This document shows positions 11,434-24,174 of a stretch of DNA of 64,000 nucleotides, piece after piece. Where the stretch lies: positions 1,472,001 to 1,536,000 of the forward strand of contig CAWDML010000009.1 in NCBI GenBank assembly GCA_963803435.1. Reading direction: 5' to 3'. Each line of letters begins with the position of its first letter. Within the stretch, counting starts at the first letter, position 1. Made by a program: the position numbers and the translations under genes. The notes under the pieces were generated by a model, which did no database searches, was not told where the DNA came from, and saw only the letters and a program-made list of their open reading frames with translations. The DNA comes from an uncultured delta proteobacterium (lineage in GTDB: Bacteria; Myxococcota; Kuafuiibacteriia; Kuafuiibacteriales; Kuafuiibacteriaceae).

Positions 11434-12413
11434 GTCAGCAACCCCGAGCTCTTGAGGACCGCCCGCAGCCGCTCGCTCTGCTCGGGCGTCACCTGCTCGT
11501 AGGGCGGCCGCACGAAGCTCTTGATCTTGTGACCCTGCAGGCGGAGGCCCTCCTTCACGTAGGCGAAGGGTACCAGGGGCGGCATCGTGCCGACGAGCGG
11601 CCGGTTCGCCAGCCGAGCGGTCAGCTTCTTCACGCCGTCGAGCTCTTCGAGAGACCTGGGCGGGCCCAGCAGGTCGACGGCCGGGCGAACCTTCTTTTCA
11701 ATGGATTTGATCTTGGGCGTGTCCGAGGCCTTGATCGCACCCATCAGCTCGACGGCCTGGTCGGTGCCCAGCATCGCCAGCCCGCAGATGGTACCCGAGG
11801 CCCCCGCCTTGGCGGCGCCCGAGAACGCCAGCGAGCAGCCGGTGAGCACCGGGCCGGGGAGCGCCTTCATGCGGCGCACCCAGGTCTGGATCTCCTCGGA
11901 CGGTGCCTGCGGCAGAAAGACGCCGCGGAGGCGCTCGTGCTGGGCCAGCGTCGCAATCTCCTCCGGCGCCAGCCCCTCGAGCGCGTTGTCCGGCCGGATC
12001 GTCACGTAGACCGGACACGCGACGGACCGCGCCACGTGATCGAGGTGCCGATAGAGCGCTCGGTAGTCGAGCCCCGGCGTCTTGAGCGGCGACAACAAGA
12101 GCGCGCTCGCCCCCTTCTTCTCCGCCAGCCGCGCCAGGTCGACGGCGCCGCGCGTCGACGGCTCCGAGATCGAGACCAGCATCGGCTTCTTGCCTTTGAC
12201 TCGACCCGCAATCCGCTCGACCAGCTTCCTCCGCTCGTCGAGCGCCAGCAGCGGATCCTCGGCGGCCTCCGTCAGGAGCGCCAGGCCGTCGATCGGACGC
12301 TGCAGCAGGTAATCGACGAGCTGATCGAGGACGGGTTCATCGACCTGCCCCCGCTCGTCCATGGGCGTCGGGAGCGCGACGTAGAGCGAGGCGAATGCGA
12401 CGGGCTCCGACAC
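11430..12413 (-). CDS. Dihydrodipicolinate synthase (DapA)-family protein with divergent active site
   Basis: ALPTPMDERGQVD start, LxxDERRKL helix, VRPPY near the C-terminus. Catalytic motifs are altered. Confidence 0.8.
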   Translation of the reverse strand: MSEPVAFASLYVALPTPMDERGQVDEPVLDQLVDYLLQRPIDGLALLTEAAEDPLLALDERRKLVERIAGRVKGKKPMLVSISEPSTRGAVDLARLAEKKGASALLLSPLKTPGLDYRALYRHLDHVARSVACPVYVTIRPDNALEGLAPEEIATLAQHERLRGVFLPQAPSEEIQTWVRRMKALPGPVLTGCSLAFSGAAKAGASGTICGLAMLGTDQAVELMGAIKASDTPKIKSIEKKVRPAVDLLGPPRSLEELDGVKKLTARLANRPLVGTMPPLVPFAYVKEGLRLQGHKIKSFVRPPYEQVTPEQSERLRAVLKSSGLLT

Positions 12414-12418
12414 GGCCG

Positions 12419-13476
12419 CTAGCGGGCGCCGACCTTCTCGAGCAGGAGGTCCTTGAGCTCGATCGTCTCTTCGTCCTTGGAGCGGATCGCGGTGACCGTC
12501 GTGATCAGGTCGCTGGTGGGTCGGACCCGACCCTTGTCGTCCAGCTCGAGCAGCTCCTCGAGGGCCAGCTTGGTCAAACGCTCGTCCCCCAGCTCGACGA
12601 TGCGGACCAGCGTCACCTGATCGGGCGGCAGCCGATAGCGCTCCGCCAGCTCACGCGCGGCCCGCAGCGCCTCCTCGACGGAGCCGGACATGCGAACCTG
12701 CGTCGCGAGGCTGTCACGCTCGCTGATACGCACGTCGAACGGCGTCTTGTGGAAGTGCTGCGTGATCTCGTTGTGCTGAGGCGCGATCTTCTGGAACGCC
12801 GCCTCCGCCTCCTGCCGCTTTCGCTCCGCCACGGACGGCGGTTTGTTCGGCAGATCGGGTCGCTTCTCGATCTTGTCCCGGCTCGACTCGAGCCGCGGGT
12901 TGATCTCCACGATCCGGGCAGGACTCTTCATCTGCCCGTTCTCGCGGCTCTCCGGGGCGCCGACCTTGGCCAGGGCAGCGCGGGCCTGCTCGACCGGATC
13001 CGGACCCTTCTTCGCTCTGGTGGGACGCCGTTCGCCCCTCGCCACCCGCAGGACGCCCGGCTTTTTCACCGGGGCGCTCACTGGTTCCTTCACGGGTTCC
13101 TCCTTCGCCACCACCGGAGCTTTGATCGGCTCCGTCACCGCCTTCTTGGGCTCGGCCTTCGGAGGCTTCGGCGCCTTCTTGGGCGCCGCCTTCTTCACGA
13201 GGGCCGGCCTCTTCGTCGGGGTGGGGGTGGTCTTCGCGGCCGTCTTCTTCTTCTTCGCCGCGGTCTTGTTCTTGGTGATCTTGGGTCGAGGCGCCTTCTT
13301 CTTCTTGCGGGTGGGCTTGGCCGCGGCCGGGGGCCTCTTCGGCGCCGGCTTCAGCTGCGTCTTCCGCTTCGCTGCGACCGCCTTCTTCTTCGCGGGCATC
13401 TTCTTGGGAGAGGCGCTCATCTTCTTGCCGGCGCTCTTCTTGGTCGCCTTCCTCTTCGCCACCGCGCCCTTCGCGC

Positions 13477-13480
<4 letters not shown>
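12419..13480 (-). CDS. Hypothetical protein with histone-H1-like Lys/Ala/Pro-rich N-terminus and helical C-terminal domain
   Basis: KKA/PAKK-rich N-terminal third. Start overlaps the purL stop (ATGA), consistent with translational coupling. Confidence 0.75.
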
Positions 13481-15719
<2,239 letters not shown>

Positions 15720-15723
<4 letters not shown>

Positions 15724-16397
15724 CCGCCCTCCAGCGCCGCGCGGATCGACTCGAACAGCCCGAGGCCGTCCGTGCTGCCGAGCACCGACTCCGCGGCGCG
15801 CTCCGGGTGCGGCATCAACCCCAGCACGTTCCCCTGCACGTTCACGATCCCGGCGATGTCGCGGGCCGATCCGTTCGGGTTGTGGCCGGTCGCATAGCGA
15901 AAGACGACGCGACCCTCGCCGTCCAGGCGATCGAGCGTCTCCTCCGAGGCGTGGTAGCGGCCCTCGTGATGCGCCACGGGGATCATCAGCTCGCTCTTCG
16001 GCGCATAGGCGCTGGAGAACGCCGTGCCCGCGTTCTCCACGCGGACCTTCACCCAGCGGCACACGAACTTCTGGGAGGCGTTCTGGAGCATCGCGCCCTC
16101 GAGGAGCTGCGCCTCCAGGAGGACCTGGAAGCCGTTGCAGATCCCGAGCACGATCCCGCCGCGATCCGCATGGGCCTTGACCGCGTCCATGATGGGGGAG
16201 AAGCGCGCCAGCGCGCCCGAGCGCAGGGCGTCGCCGTAGGAGAACCCGCCAGGGAGCACGCAGAGGTCCGTCCCCGCAGGGAGCGACGTGTCCTTGTGCC
16301 AGACCGACACCGTCTCCACGCCGAGCACGTCCCGCGCGACGTGGACCGCATCCTCGTCGCAGTTCGATCCGGGGAATGTAACAACCGCAACTTTCAC
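15720..16397 (-). CDS. purQ: FGAM synthase glutaminase subunit PurQ
   Basis: Motifs [27 protein letters not shown]. Confidence 0.98.
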
Positions 16398-16401
16398 GCG
16401 G

Positions 16402-16641
16402 TTACGTGAGCTCGACCTGGAAGTCCTCGATCACCGTGTTCGCGAGGAGCTGCTCACCCATCTGAGCCAGGCGCTTCCTCGCTTCCTCCGGCGGCATGTC
16501 CTCCAGCTCGAACTCGATCACCTTTCCGATCCGGACCTGCCGGACCTCGTCGAAACCGAGCTGCTGCAGGCTGTTGGCGACCGCCTGTCCCGCTGGATCC
16601 AACACTCCTTTGCGGAGTGTGACGAGCACACGGGCCAACAT
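16402..16641 (-). CDS. purS: FGAM synthase subunit PurS
   Basis: Motifs VLDPAG, VRIGK, LLANTVIEDF; lies upstream of purQ. Confidence 0.95.
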   Translation of the reverse strand: MLARVLVTLRKGVLDPAGQAVANSLQQLGFDEVRQVRIGKVIEFELEDMPPEEARKRLAQMGEQLLANTVIEDFQVELT

Positions 16642-16721
16642 CGCCGATGTCGGTAACAAGGGGGGGTGGAAGGGTCAAGAACAGTTGACAGTTGAGCGTC
16701 GAGAGTCGAGCGCGGCTACGG

Positions 16722-19574
16722 TCAATCCGCCGTCGACTCGCCCTCGAAGGGCTTCTTCTTCGAGGCGGCCTTCTTCTTCGCCTTCGCCTTCTTCTTGGCG
16801 GGCACCTTCTTCTTGGCGGGCACCTTCTTCGAAGCGGCCGCCTTCTTCTTGGCGGGGGCGGCCTTTTTCGCCGCTGCCTTCTTCTTCGCGGGCGCCGCCT
16901 TCGCCGGTGTGGCCTTCGCGCCGTCGTTCCCCTTCTTCGCGGCGGCCGCCTTCTTTTTGCGCTCGGCTGCGCCTTCACGGGGCGGGAACTCGAAGCGATG
17001 GCGACCCTTCTCGTTGAGGTGCAGCGTCGCGGAGAAGGGGCGCCCGCGCTGCGAGATGAACTCGGCGAGCAACGGCGTCTGTCCGTCCTTGAGGTACTGC
17101 TCCGCCTCCTCTCGGGTGATCTCGCGCTTGCAGACCGTCCGCGGCATCAGGAAGGGGCAGTATTCGAGCCCTTCGGGGACCTCGCGCTTCTTCACCGGAA
17201 ACGTGGTGGTGTCGTCCCGCTCGAGCGCACGCAGGACCGCCAGGCCGCGCGAGCACACGAAGGTGGCGCGCGTCTCCACGACCTCGCCCTCCTTGCAGAA
17301 CGGACAGGTGCCGAGGGGACGCTCGTCGACCTCGTACTCGGGCAGCCCGGGGAGGCCCTCGCCGTCCTCGTCGCCGCCCGCGACCCGCTTGAGCTGGAGC
17401 TCGCCGTCGATCAGCTCCAGCTGCCCGCGGTACGTCCGCCCCTGCCGCGTCTGGAAGCCGTCGAGGACGCGCGTCTTCTTCTCGGCGAGGAGCTCCTTCA
17501 CGGTCTCGCAATCGATGTAGCGCCCCGACTTGTCCTTCCAGATGCGGAACGGGCAGTCCTCGATCTCGGGGGTGTTGTCGCCTTCCTTCTTGGCCTTCTT
17601 GTCGCGCTTGCGCGGCAGGCCCTCGGGCTCCTGACAGCGATAGAACCAGGAGCGCTCGTAGACCTTCCCACCGCAGATCGGGCAGTCACCCAGGGGCTCG
17701 ACGTTCGGGAACAGCTCGTCGAACTCGAAGCCCTTGGTGAGCTCGACGATCTCCTTGGTATACGCGTAGACCTCGTCCATGAAGGCCGTGGTGGGCATGC
17801 GCCCGTGCTCTACGTCCGAGAGGTGCGACTCGAGCTCGCCGGTCAGCGAGGGCGACGCCAGCCGCTCCGCGCTCATGCGCTCCAGGATGTCGATCAGGCG
17901 GATGCCTTTGACGCTGGGGCGCAGCGCGCGCCCGGCCCGCATCACGTAGCCCTTCGAGATCAGGTTCTCGATCGTGTCGGCGCGGGTGGCAGGCGTTCCG
18001 ATTCCGCGCTCCTTGAGCGCCTCGGCGGCCTCTTCGTCCTCGACGTAGCGGCCGGCGTTCTCCATCAGCGAGAGGAGGCGCGCCTCGGTGATCCGCGCCG
18101 GCGGTCGCGTCTCGTCGGGCTCGATGTCGGCGGTCGACAGAACGACCTCGACCCCGCTGGCATCGTCCTGGCCCGGGACGAGCGGCGAGAGCTTCTCTAC
18201 GCCGCCCTCGTTCTCACCCATCACCTCGCGCCAGCCGGCCTCCTGGAGAATCTTCGCGCGGGAGCGGAAGTGCTCGTCGTCGACCACGGTGGTGCGCTCC
18301 ACCCGGGACCAGAGAGCCGGCGGATGGAAGGCGGCCAGGAAGCGGCGCGTCACCAGATCGAAGAGGCGCGCGTCGTCGCCGGTGAGCGCCTCCTTGGGGA
18401 GGTCGCCGGTGGGGATGATCGCGAAGTGATCGGTGACCTTGGCGTCGTCGAAGATCTTGTCGGCGTTGAGGAGGCCGTCGCGCGCCAGCTTCTTCGAGGC
18501 CACGGTGAAGCGCGCGTCCGCGCCGAGGGAGACCACGACCTGCTCCACCACCTCGCGGTAGTCGTTGGGGAGCGCCTTGGTGTCGGTTCGCGGGTAGGTG
18601 AGGATCTTGTGGCCCTCGTAGCAGCGCTGGGCCGCGTTCAGCGTGCGCCGGGCCGACCAGCCGAACTTGCGGTTGGCCTCTCGCTGGAGCGAGGTCAGAT
18701 CGAACAGCGGCGGCGCCGCCTCCCGCGAGGGCTTGCGCTGCTCGGAGGCCGACGCCGGCTTGCCGGAGATCTTCGCCAGGATCGTCTTGGCCTGCGCCTC
18801 CTCGAAGATCCGGTCGTCGCGCTCGTCCTCGGCGGCGTCCTTCGACTTGAAGGTCGCGTCATACCAGGTGGCCTGGTACGGCTCGCCCCGGTGATCGAAC
18901 GTCGCCTTGATCCGGAAGAATGGGACGGGCCGGTGACCCAGGATCTCCATCTCCCGATCCACGAGCATCCGGAGGGTGGGGGTCTGGACCCGGCCGGCGC
19001 TCCAGGCCTGGTTCTCGCTCCGGCTCTTGAGCCGACGCGTCAGCGCCCGGGTCGCGTTCATCCCGATGAGCCAGTCGGAGTAGTTGCGGCAGTGGGCCGC
19101 CTGCGAGAGGCCCTCGTACTTGATGCCCGGCTCCAGGCGGTGGAAGCCGTCCCGGATCGCGTTCTTGGTCATGGACTGGAGCCACAGGCGCTCGATCGGC
19201 TTCTCCGATCCCATGTACTCGGCGATCTCCCGGAAGATCAGCTCGCCCTCCCGCCCGGCGTCGCAGGCGTTGACCAGGCTCTCGACGTCCTTGCGCTCGA
19301 TCAGCTTCTTGATCACCCGGAGCCGATCCCGGGTGCCCTCCTTGGGCTTCAACGGAAACTCCAGGGGAAGGATGGGGAGCGTATCCAGCGTCCAGCGCTT
19401 GTACTTCTCGTCGAGCTCCTCGGGGCTGCGCAGCTCGAGGAGGTGGCCGACGGCGAACGTCACCACGAAGTCGTCGTTCTCCCAGAAGCCGTCCTCGTCC
19501 TGAAAGCCTCCGAGAGTCTCGACGATGTCCCGGGCGACGCTCGGCTTTTCGGTGATGACCAGTCGCTTCCCCAT
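16722..19574 (-). CDS. topB: DNA topoisomerase III (type IA) with Zn ribbons and Lys/Ala-rich tail
   Basis: Motifs ITEKPS, DAGREGELI, GRVQTPTL, catalytic TYPRTD, GIGTPATRA; C-terminal CPxC ribbons and AKKK repeats. Confidence 0.9.
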   Translation of the reverse strand: MGKRLVITEKPSVARDIVETLGGFQDEDGFWENDDFVVTFAVGHLLELRSPEELDEKYKRWTLDTLPILPLEFPLKPKEGTRDRLRVIKKLIERKDVESLVNACDAGREGELIFREIAEYMGSEKPIERLWLQSMTKNAIRDGFHRLEPGIKYEGLSQAAHCRNYSDWLIGMNATRALTRRLKSRSENQAWSAGRVQTPTLRMLVDREMEILGHRPVPFFRIKATFDHRGEPYQATWYDATFKSKDAAEDERDDRIFEEAQAKTILAKISGKPASASEQRKPSREAAPPLFDLTSLQREANRKFGWSARRTLNAAQRCYEGHKILTYPRTDTKALPNDYREVVEQVVVSLGADARFTVASKKLARDGLLNADKIFDDAKVTDHFAIIPTGDLPKEALTGDDARLFDLVTRRFLAAFHPPALWSRVERTTVVDDEHFRSRAKILQEAGWREVMGENEGGVEKLSPLVPGQDDASGVEVVLSTADIEPDETRPPARITEARLLSLMENAGRYVEDEEAAEALKERGIGTPATRADTIENLISKGYVMRAGRALRPSVKGIRLIDILERMSAERLASPSLTGELESHLSDVEHGRMPTTAFMDEVYAYTKEIVELTKGFEFDELFPNVEPLGDCPICGGKVYERSWFYRCQEPEGLPRKRDKKAKKEGDNTPEIEDCPFRIWKDKSGRYIDCETVKELLAEKKTRVLDGFQTRQGRTYRGQLELIDGELQLKRVAGGDEDGEGLPGLPEYEVDERPLGTCPFCKEGEVVETRATFVCSRGLAVLRALERDDTTTFPVKKREVPEGLEYCPFLMPRTVCKREITREEAEQYLKDGQTPLLAEFISQRGRPFSATLHLNEKGRHRFEFPPREGAAERKKKAAAAKKGNDGAKATPAKAAPAKKKAAAKKAAPAKKKAAASKKVPAKKKVPAKKKAKAKKKAASKKKPFEGESTAD

Positions 19575-19626
19575 CGGCGGCACGAGAAAAGACACAAGCA
19601 ACCGAAGCTGGCAAGAGATAGAACAG

Positions 19627-19649
19627 CGCGATCTATTGAATAGATCGCG
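19627..19649 (-). terminator. Putative intrinsic terminator hairpin downstream of rpsA
   Basis: Perfect 10-bp stem CGCGATCTAT-TGA-ATAGATCGCG, 7 nt past the rpsA stop, followed on the minus strand by a T-rich run (CTGTTCTATCTCTT). Confidence 0.55.
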
Positions 19650-19656
19650 GCGGATG

Positions 19657-21255
<1,599 letters not shown>

Positions 21256-21618
21256 GAAAACCGCGCACGCCCTTGGCCCCCGCGTCTCTTCGACGTCCTT
21301 CTCGAGGGGAAAGGGGATCGACGGCGCAAAAGGGTTGCAGGGCTCGTCGGTTGCGCCGGAAGCTAGGTCTCTCAACGCGCTGATGTCAAACGTGATCTGA
21401 AGTCGGTGCAGAAAAGGGGCCTCTCCGACGAATCTGCACGCCACTTTTACGTGCGCCATGTCCCGCGATGTGCGACCGTCCGGCGCGAAGCGAGCCGGAG
21501 TTGCGGGTGAAGCGTCCTGTCGGTTTGACACGGGTTTTGGACGCGGCTAGATTCCTCCCGCCTTTTCCCGGAAGGTCGCGAAACGACTCGGGAACCTCGC
21601 AGGAAGCAGAACCAAGCA

Positions 21619-22266
21619 ATGGCAGAACTCGGCGACATCATTGAGAAGGGCGGCCCCTTCATGATCGTGAACATCTTCTTCTTGATCGTGGCGATTGCCG
21701 TCATCATCGACCGATCGATAGCGGTGTTCTTCCAGCTCAACCTGAATGGGACCCGGTTCATGGCCCAGGTAGAAAAGCTGGTCGTCAGCGACAACATCGA
21801 CAAGGCGGTCAAGCTCTGTAACGCCGCCCCCAAGGCGGCGCTGGCGCGGGTTCTTCGTGCCGGCCTGACCCGGGCGAATCGCGGCGTGCTGGAGATCGGC
21901 AACGCGATCGAGGAGGAGACCCTGTCGGTGACCCCGCAGGTGATGAAGCGGGTCCCGGCCCTGTGGTCGCTCGCCAACATCTCCGTCCTCATCGGCCTCC
22001 TCGGGACCGTGACGGGTCTCATCAAGGCCTTCAAGGCGATCGGCTTCGCCAACCCGGAGGACAAGCAGCGCCTGCTGACGAACGGCATCTCGGAGGCGAT
22101 GAACAACACCGCCTTCGGCCTCGCCATCGCCGTGCTCTGTATCGTCGGCCACCTCGTGATCGGCTCCCAGGCGAAGCGCATCATCGAGGAGATCGAGCTG
22201 CACAGTCTGAAGCTCGAGAACATGCTCGCGCGCCGCGCCGTCGCCGAGCTGCCCGAAGGCCGCTGA
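21619..22266 (+). CDS. MotA/TolQ/ExbB proton-channel subunit (AglR-like)
   Basis: Motifs GLLGTVTGLI and GISEAMNNTAFGL. Confidence 0.9.
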   Translation: MAELGDIIEKGGPFMIVNIFFLIVAIAVIIDRSIAVFFQLNLNGTRFMAQVEKLVVSDNIDKAVKLCNAAPKAALARVLRAGLTRANRGVLEIGNAIEEETLSVTPQVMKRVPALWSLANISVLIGLLGTVTGLIKAFKAIGFANPEDKQRLLTNGISEAMNNTAFGLAIAVLCIVGHLVIGSQAKRIIEEIELHSLKLENMLARRAVAELPEGR

Positions 22267-22276
22267 GCCGAACACC

Positions 22277-22921
22277 GTGACCGACACCGCGAACAGAGGA
22301 TACGTGCAGCCGGGGGCCACCGGGACCCACGACTACACGCACTCCGACTTCACGTACGTCCGGAGGAAGCGGCGCGGCGGTCACGCCCACGGATCGCACG
22401 ATTCGTCCGATCACGCCGGCGAGCTGAACATCGTCCCGTACCTCGACATCCTCATCAACCTGATCATGTTTCTCCTGGTCGCGCAGGCGACGCTCGTCTC
22501 CATCGGCCTCATCGACGTGACCGCGCCGAGCTACACCCCGGTCGGCGCCGGCACGCCCGAGCCGCCGGCGGAGGGGCTCCTCCGCTTGACGATCGGTGTG
22601 GCGGCGAAGGGCTTCTACATCGCGGCGAAGGGCGGCGTGCTCCCCGGCGACAATCCGGAGGAGGCGCCCACCGAGATTACGCCCGACGGCGTGTCGCTCA
22701 ATCCGCCGACGGTGCCGAAGCGGCCCGACGGCTCCTACGACTTTCCGGCGCTGGCGCGGAAGCTCCGCGCGATCAAGACGGCGTTCCCCAAGGTGGACGC
22801 GGTCTACATCGCGGCGGACGACAACATCCCCTACGAGGCCATCGTGAAGACGCTCGACGCGTCCCGCGAGGATGCGCAGGGGCAGCTGTTCCCGAACGTC
22901 GCGTTCACGCAGATCAACTGA
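22277..22921 (+). CDS. ExbD/TolR family protein (AglQ-like)
   Basis: TM ELNIVPYLDILINLIMFLL with the conserved Asp; AADDNIPYEAIVKTLD. Confidence 0.88.
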   Translation: MTDTANRGYVQPGATGTHDYTHSDFTYVRRKRRGGHAHGSHDSSDHAGELNIVPYLDILINLIMFLLVAQATLVSIGLIDVTAPSYTPVGAGTPEPPAEGLLRLTIGVAAKGFYIAAKGGVLPGDNPEEAPTEITPDGVSLNPPTVPKRPDGSYDFPALARKLRAIKTAFPKVDAVYIAADDNIPYEAIVKTLDASREDAQGQLFPNVAFTQIN

Positions 22922-22930
22922 GGACGCACC

Positions 22931-23503
22931 ATGACGACGCAGGATGTCGGTCCAACTTCCCAGGCCATGTACGACGCCACCCGCATGCGTCGAAGGACGA
23001 AGCGGGGGAAGCGGTCAGGCACGGACGAGATCGGCTACCTCAACATCACGCCGATGATGGACATGATGACCATCCTCCTGGTCTTCCTGCTCAAGAGCTT
23101 CGCCTCGTCGGCCCAGGACATCAGCGTCGCCAACCTCACGCTCCCGCACTCCACCACCAAGCTGCAGGTGGAAGAGGCGCTGCAGCTGATGGTGACCACG
23201 CGCGAGATCCTGCTCGACCAGAAGGTGGTGGCGGAGCTCGACGAGAACGGGAACATCAAGGAGGACGATCTCCCCGAAGGCCCGAACGGCTACCTGATCG
23301 CGCCGCTCTACGACACGCTCGAGAACCGGGCGGACTACTTCAAGCGCATCGAGGAGTTCGGCGGCACGCAGTTCATCGGCCGCATCGCGATCGTCGCCGA
23401 TCGCAGCACCAGCTACCGCACGCTCTTCAAGATCCTCTACACGGCCGGCCGCGCCGAGTTCGGGCTCTTCAAACTCTTCGTCCAGAAGCCGCAAGCATCC
23501 TAG
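22931..23503 (+). CDS. ExbD/TolR family protein (AglS-like)
   Basis: Motifs LNITPMMDMMTILLVFLLKS and IVADRSTSY. Confidence 0.88.
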   Translation: MTTQDVGPTSQAMYDATRMRRRTKRGKRSGTDEIGYLNITPMMDMMTILLVFLLKSFASSAQDISVANLTLPHSTTKLQVEEALQLMVTTREILLDQKVVAELDENGNIKEDDLPEGPNGYLIAPLYDTLENRADYFKRIEEFGGTQFIGRIAIVADRSTSYRTLFKILYTAGRAEFGLFKLFVQKPQAS

Positions 23504-23510
23504 GGCGGCG

Positions 23511-24170
23511 ATGGCCTACGTGGTCGCGATCGACGGGCCTGCGGGCGCGGGAAAGAGCACGATCGCTGCCGGCGTCGCCGCGCGCCTCGGGATCAGCCGG
23601 GTCGATACCGGCGCCATCTACCGCACCGTCACGCTGATCGCGCTGGAGCACGCCGTCACCGGTGACGCCGACACCACCGCGCTCCTCCTCGAGCTCGACC
23701 TCCGCTTCGAGGACACCCGCGTCTTCGTCGGCGATCGGGAGGTCACCCGCGAGATCCGGACGCCCGAGGTCACGCGGGCGGTGAGCCGCGTGGCCGCCTA
23801 TCCGGGCGTGCGCGCCGGGCTCCTGGACCTGCAACGGCGCCTGGGCCGCGCCCACCCGAAGGGCGCCGTCCTCGAGGGCCGCGACATTGGGACGGTGGTG
23901 TTCCCGGACGCGGAGGCGAAGATCTACCTGACCGCCACCGCCGAGGAGCGCGCCCGCCGCCGCACGCTCGAGCTCGACGAGAAGGGGACACCGGTCCCCT
24001 ACCAGCAGGTGCTCGACGAGATCCGCGTCCGCGATCGTCTCGACAGCGAGCGCGCGGTGGCGCCGCTCCGCGCGGCCGAAGATGCGATCACGGTGGATAG
24101 CACCGGGAAGTCGATCGATCGGGTGTGCGACGAGATCGCAGAGATCGTGCGGGGGCGGATCGGGGAGTAG
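23511..24170 (+). CDS. cmk: Cytidylate kinase
   Basis: Motifs AIDGPAGAGKST, DTGAIYR, EGRDIGTVVFPDA. Confidence 0.97.
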   Translation: MAYVVAIDGPAGAGKSTIAAGVAARLGISRVDTGAIYRTVTLIALEHAVTGDADTTALLLELDLRFEDTRVFVGDREVTREIRTPEVTRAVSRVAAYPGVRAGLLDLQRRLGRAHPKGAVLEGRDIGTVVFPDAEAKIYLTATAEERARRRTLELDEKGTPVPYQQVLDEIRVRDRLDSERAVAPLRAAEDAITVDSTGKSIDRVCDEIAEIVRGRIGE

Positions 24171-24174
24171 GCCC

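Noticed and set aside
21256-21618. ncRNA or riboswitch in the rpsA-exbB intergenic region
   Set aside because: Probably divergent promoters and the rpsA leader; no recognisable RNA family or tRNA.
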